NCBI RefSeq assembly: GCF_009914755.1
Contig: NC_060944.1
Direction: 5' to 3' (one strand)
Length of the DNA: 64,000 nucleotides
Origin: the human T2T-CHM13v2.0 reference genome, Homo sapiens
The translations under genes were made by a program, and so were the position numbers. The notes below the pieces were generated by a model, which did no database searches, was not told the origin of the DNA, and saw only the letters and a list, made by a program, of their open reading frames with translations. Position 1 is the stretch's first letter. The number at the start of each line of letters is the position of its first letter. This document shows positions 60,700-64,000 of this stretch, piece by piece.

Positions 60700-61326
60700 T
60701 TAAAAGCACTATAGTCTTCCCTCTGACCACAAATTATTTACATTCTTCTAACATGCAAAATACAGTCCACCCTCCGAAGGACCCTGAAGTCTCATACTGG
60801 TACAGTATGAGCTTGAACTCAAGACTTTTGTCATCTAAACCATATGCAGGTGTGGGTGAGTCTCCTTGGGAGTGGTTCCCTAAGCATATCCCCAGCAATA
60901 CACTCCCTCTCAATGAGTAAACCTGTGAATCCCAAGAGGTGAGTTACCTATCTACCCCTCAACCCCACTCGGCACCCAGTATACAATGGTGGAATAGGTA
61001 TAGGATAATCGTTCAGAACCAGGGGAAATGGGAAGCACAGATAAGTCGCTGGTCCATAGTAATTCTGAAATCTAGCTGGGGAAATGTTGAAGGGTTAGGA
61101 CTTATGCTACTCTGGCTCAGAAATAATTTTCCAAGGGGTTCTGCTCTTTCTGTCTCCTTCTAGGTTCTTGGGTCTACCTCAAAGTAAAAAGTAGCCTGTG
61201 TTTACAACTGTGTTCTTTTCTCAGCCTGCTTCCTGCTAATAGAATTTAGCAAGTTCAAAGGCCTCTTTCCTTTCACATTACCTCTGTCCCTTTCAGTACA
61301 TGCTGATGCTATTTCTGTTGATATAA

Positions 61327-61622
<296 letters not shown>

Positions 61623-63050
61623 TGATATAATTCTTTTTAAAATGTTGTTGTTTTCCTGTGAATCTTTTTGGGATCTACTCTACAAGACAAAAGCCACACC
61701 CAAAAATCTCTTGAGATAAGCCCTTGACTACTTTGTGGTTCTGCAGAGACAAGCTCTTAAACATCCAACTGTTTGAGTCAGAGGGTCTGTGAGGTAAGTC
61801 TTTAAATTTTTTAGAGGGCCCTTTGCTGACTGAGAGTACTCTGAGGAACCACTTTAGATCTTTTGCAGCCACATCCTCACCTGATTTTTAGATTATATTT
61901 TCTTGGCAATGTTCTGGATTGAATCTTTACTCAAAAAGCATTTCTTAATTTTAGCAAGGAGGCCAAGACTTTTCAAAACCATCAAGTCCTGGCTTCTTCA
62001 TGTTTAACAGTTATTCACTTAGTTCACCTCTTTAATCTTGCATTTACCATAAATATCAAAAATAAACAGATGACATCTTCAACAGTTTGCCTGGAAATCT
62101 CCTTCACTAGATCACTTGTCTCACTGGGCACATTTTGTACTTTTCGTGTTACTGTAAGCAATAGTGTTACTAAACTTTTTGCTACTACATTAGAAGGATC
62201 CCTTTTCCTCCAGTTTCCAATAAGATCTTCCTCACTTAAAGAAAACAAAACAAAATGCTCACTGCAGTCTGCAAAGGACGTCATGCTTCTATAAATAGTT
62301 TCTCTTTGAACTCTTCAAATGTTCACTATAATTCTCATCAAAATCTTTCAGCTTCTCCCCAGTACCTGGTTCCTAAGCAATTCTCATATTTTAGGTTTTT
62401 GTTATGGTAGCACTCCACTTCCAAATACCAAAATACGTATTAGTTATCCATTGCTGTGTAACAAATTGTTCCAAAACTTAGCATTTTAAAACAACAAACC
62501 ATTGTTATCTGACAGAGTTGCTGAGGGCCAGCAGTCTGGGAGCATATCTGGATGGTTCTGGATCAGGGTCTCTCAGGAGACTGTAGTGAAGCTATTAGCT
62601 GGGGCTTAGTGATCTGGAGTCCTGACCAGAGCTGGAGGCTCTGCTGTCAAGATGGCCCAATCAAGTGGCTGTTGGCAGGAGGTCTTAGTTCCTCACCATG
62701 TGGCTCTCTTCCCAGGGCTCCCTAAGTGTCTTCAGGGCATGGCAGCTGGCTTCCCCAAGAGGAGGTAATCAGAGAGAAAAAGAGAGAGAGTGGAGAGTAA
62801 GAAGGAGGAAGAGGAAGGGAGGAGCTACAGTCCTTTTATGACTGAGTCTTCAAAATCCTACACCATCTCTTCTGGTTTGTCCTATAGCTAGAAGCAAGTC
62901 ACTAAGTTTGGTCCATACTCAGAATAGAGGAATTAGGTTCTACCTTGAAGGGAGGTGTGTAAAAGCATTTGTAGACGTCTTAAAACTGCTGTACTTGGCA
63001 TTCAAAGCCTTCTGGTATCTGGCCCTGACTAACCTTCCAGGGCTAGATTA

Positions 63051-63402
<352 letters not shown>

Positions 63403-63489
63403 TCAACAGTAAATAAAAATAATCAATACACAATAAATTAAGTATAAGCAGGTTCACAGAGTTCTATTTTTCTCATGATAATGATTTTC

Positions 63490-63920
63490 ATAATATTTTT
63501 AAATTATTGAAGTATAATTTACATGCAATGCTACGCATCCATTTTAAGTGTACATCTTGATGAGTTTTCACAAATGCATACACCAATGTAACCACCACTA
63601 CAATCAAGATATAGAACTTTCCTGTCCCCAGAAACTTCCCTCCATGGCCCTTTGAAGTCAATCTCTCACCACTCCTTGCCTCAGGCAACCAATAAACTGC
63701 TTTCCATCAATGTAGATCAGATTTACATTTTCCTGAGTTGCACATAGAGGAATCACGCAGGAAGTACCTTTTTGCTTCTGGCTTATTTTATTCAGCATAA
63801 TGTTTCTGAGATTAATCCATGTATCAGTAGTTTGCTCCTTTCATTCCTGAGTAGTATTTCATTCTATAACTATATACATATTTATTTACCTTTTTGCATG
63901 CCGATGAACATTTATTTTTT
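63490..63920 (-). mobile_element. Old L1M 3'-end fragment
   Basis: attgaagtataatttacatgcaatg...ccattttaagtgtacatcttgatgagtttt...caatcaagatatagaac. Confidence 0.75.
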
Positions 63921-63926
63921 TCCCAG

Positions 63927-64000
63927 TTTATTTTTATTTTTTTAAGATGGAGTCTCACTCTGTCACCCAGGCTGTAATGCAGTGGTGCGACCTCAGCTCA
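63927..64000 (-). mobile_element. Alu, cut by the window edge
   Basis: Poly-T, then agatggagtctcactctgtcacccaggctg. Confidence 0.85.

Overview
Primate (human-like) genomic DNA. Bases 1-~8.1 kb hold the 3' end of the SRC proto-oncogene on the + strand: the last five coding exons (kinase domain through the Y530 tail) and a ~2.0-2.7 kb 3' UTR with two ATTAAA poly(A) signals. From established knowledge, this places the window at human 20q11.23. The rest is non-coding: a small CpG-rich NRF1/E-box element just past SRC, many Alu/MIR/L2/L1/MaLR relics, an RPL7A processed pseudogene inserted inside an Alu, and a near-complete MLT1 MaLR provirus. The most unusual signal is hidden in what looks like simple-repeat noise. 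From ~32 to ~56 kb, with outliers back to ~11 kb, the DNA is an ancient, heavily diverged head-to-tail array of a ~3.5-4.5 kb module with at least 7 copies and a fixed order of landmarks. Four copies retain a near-perfect RFX X-box (GTTGCCCTGGCAAC). All repeat calls and alignments were made by eye, so subfamily names and boundaries are approximate.
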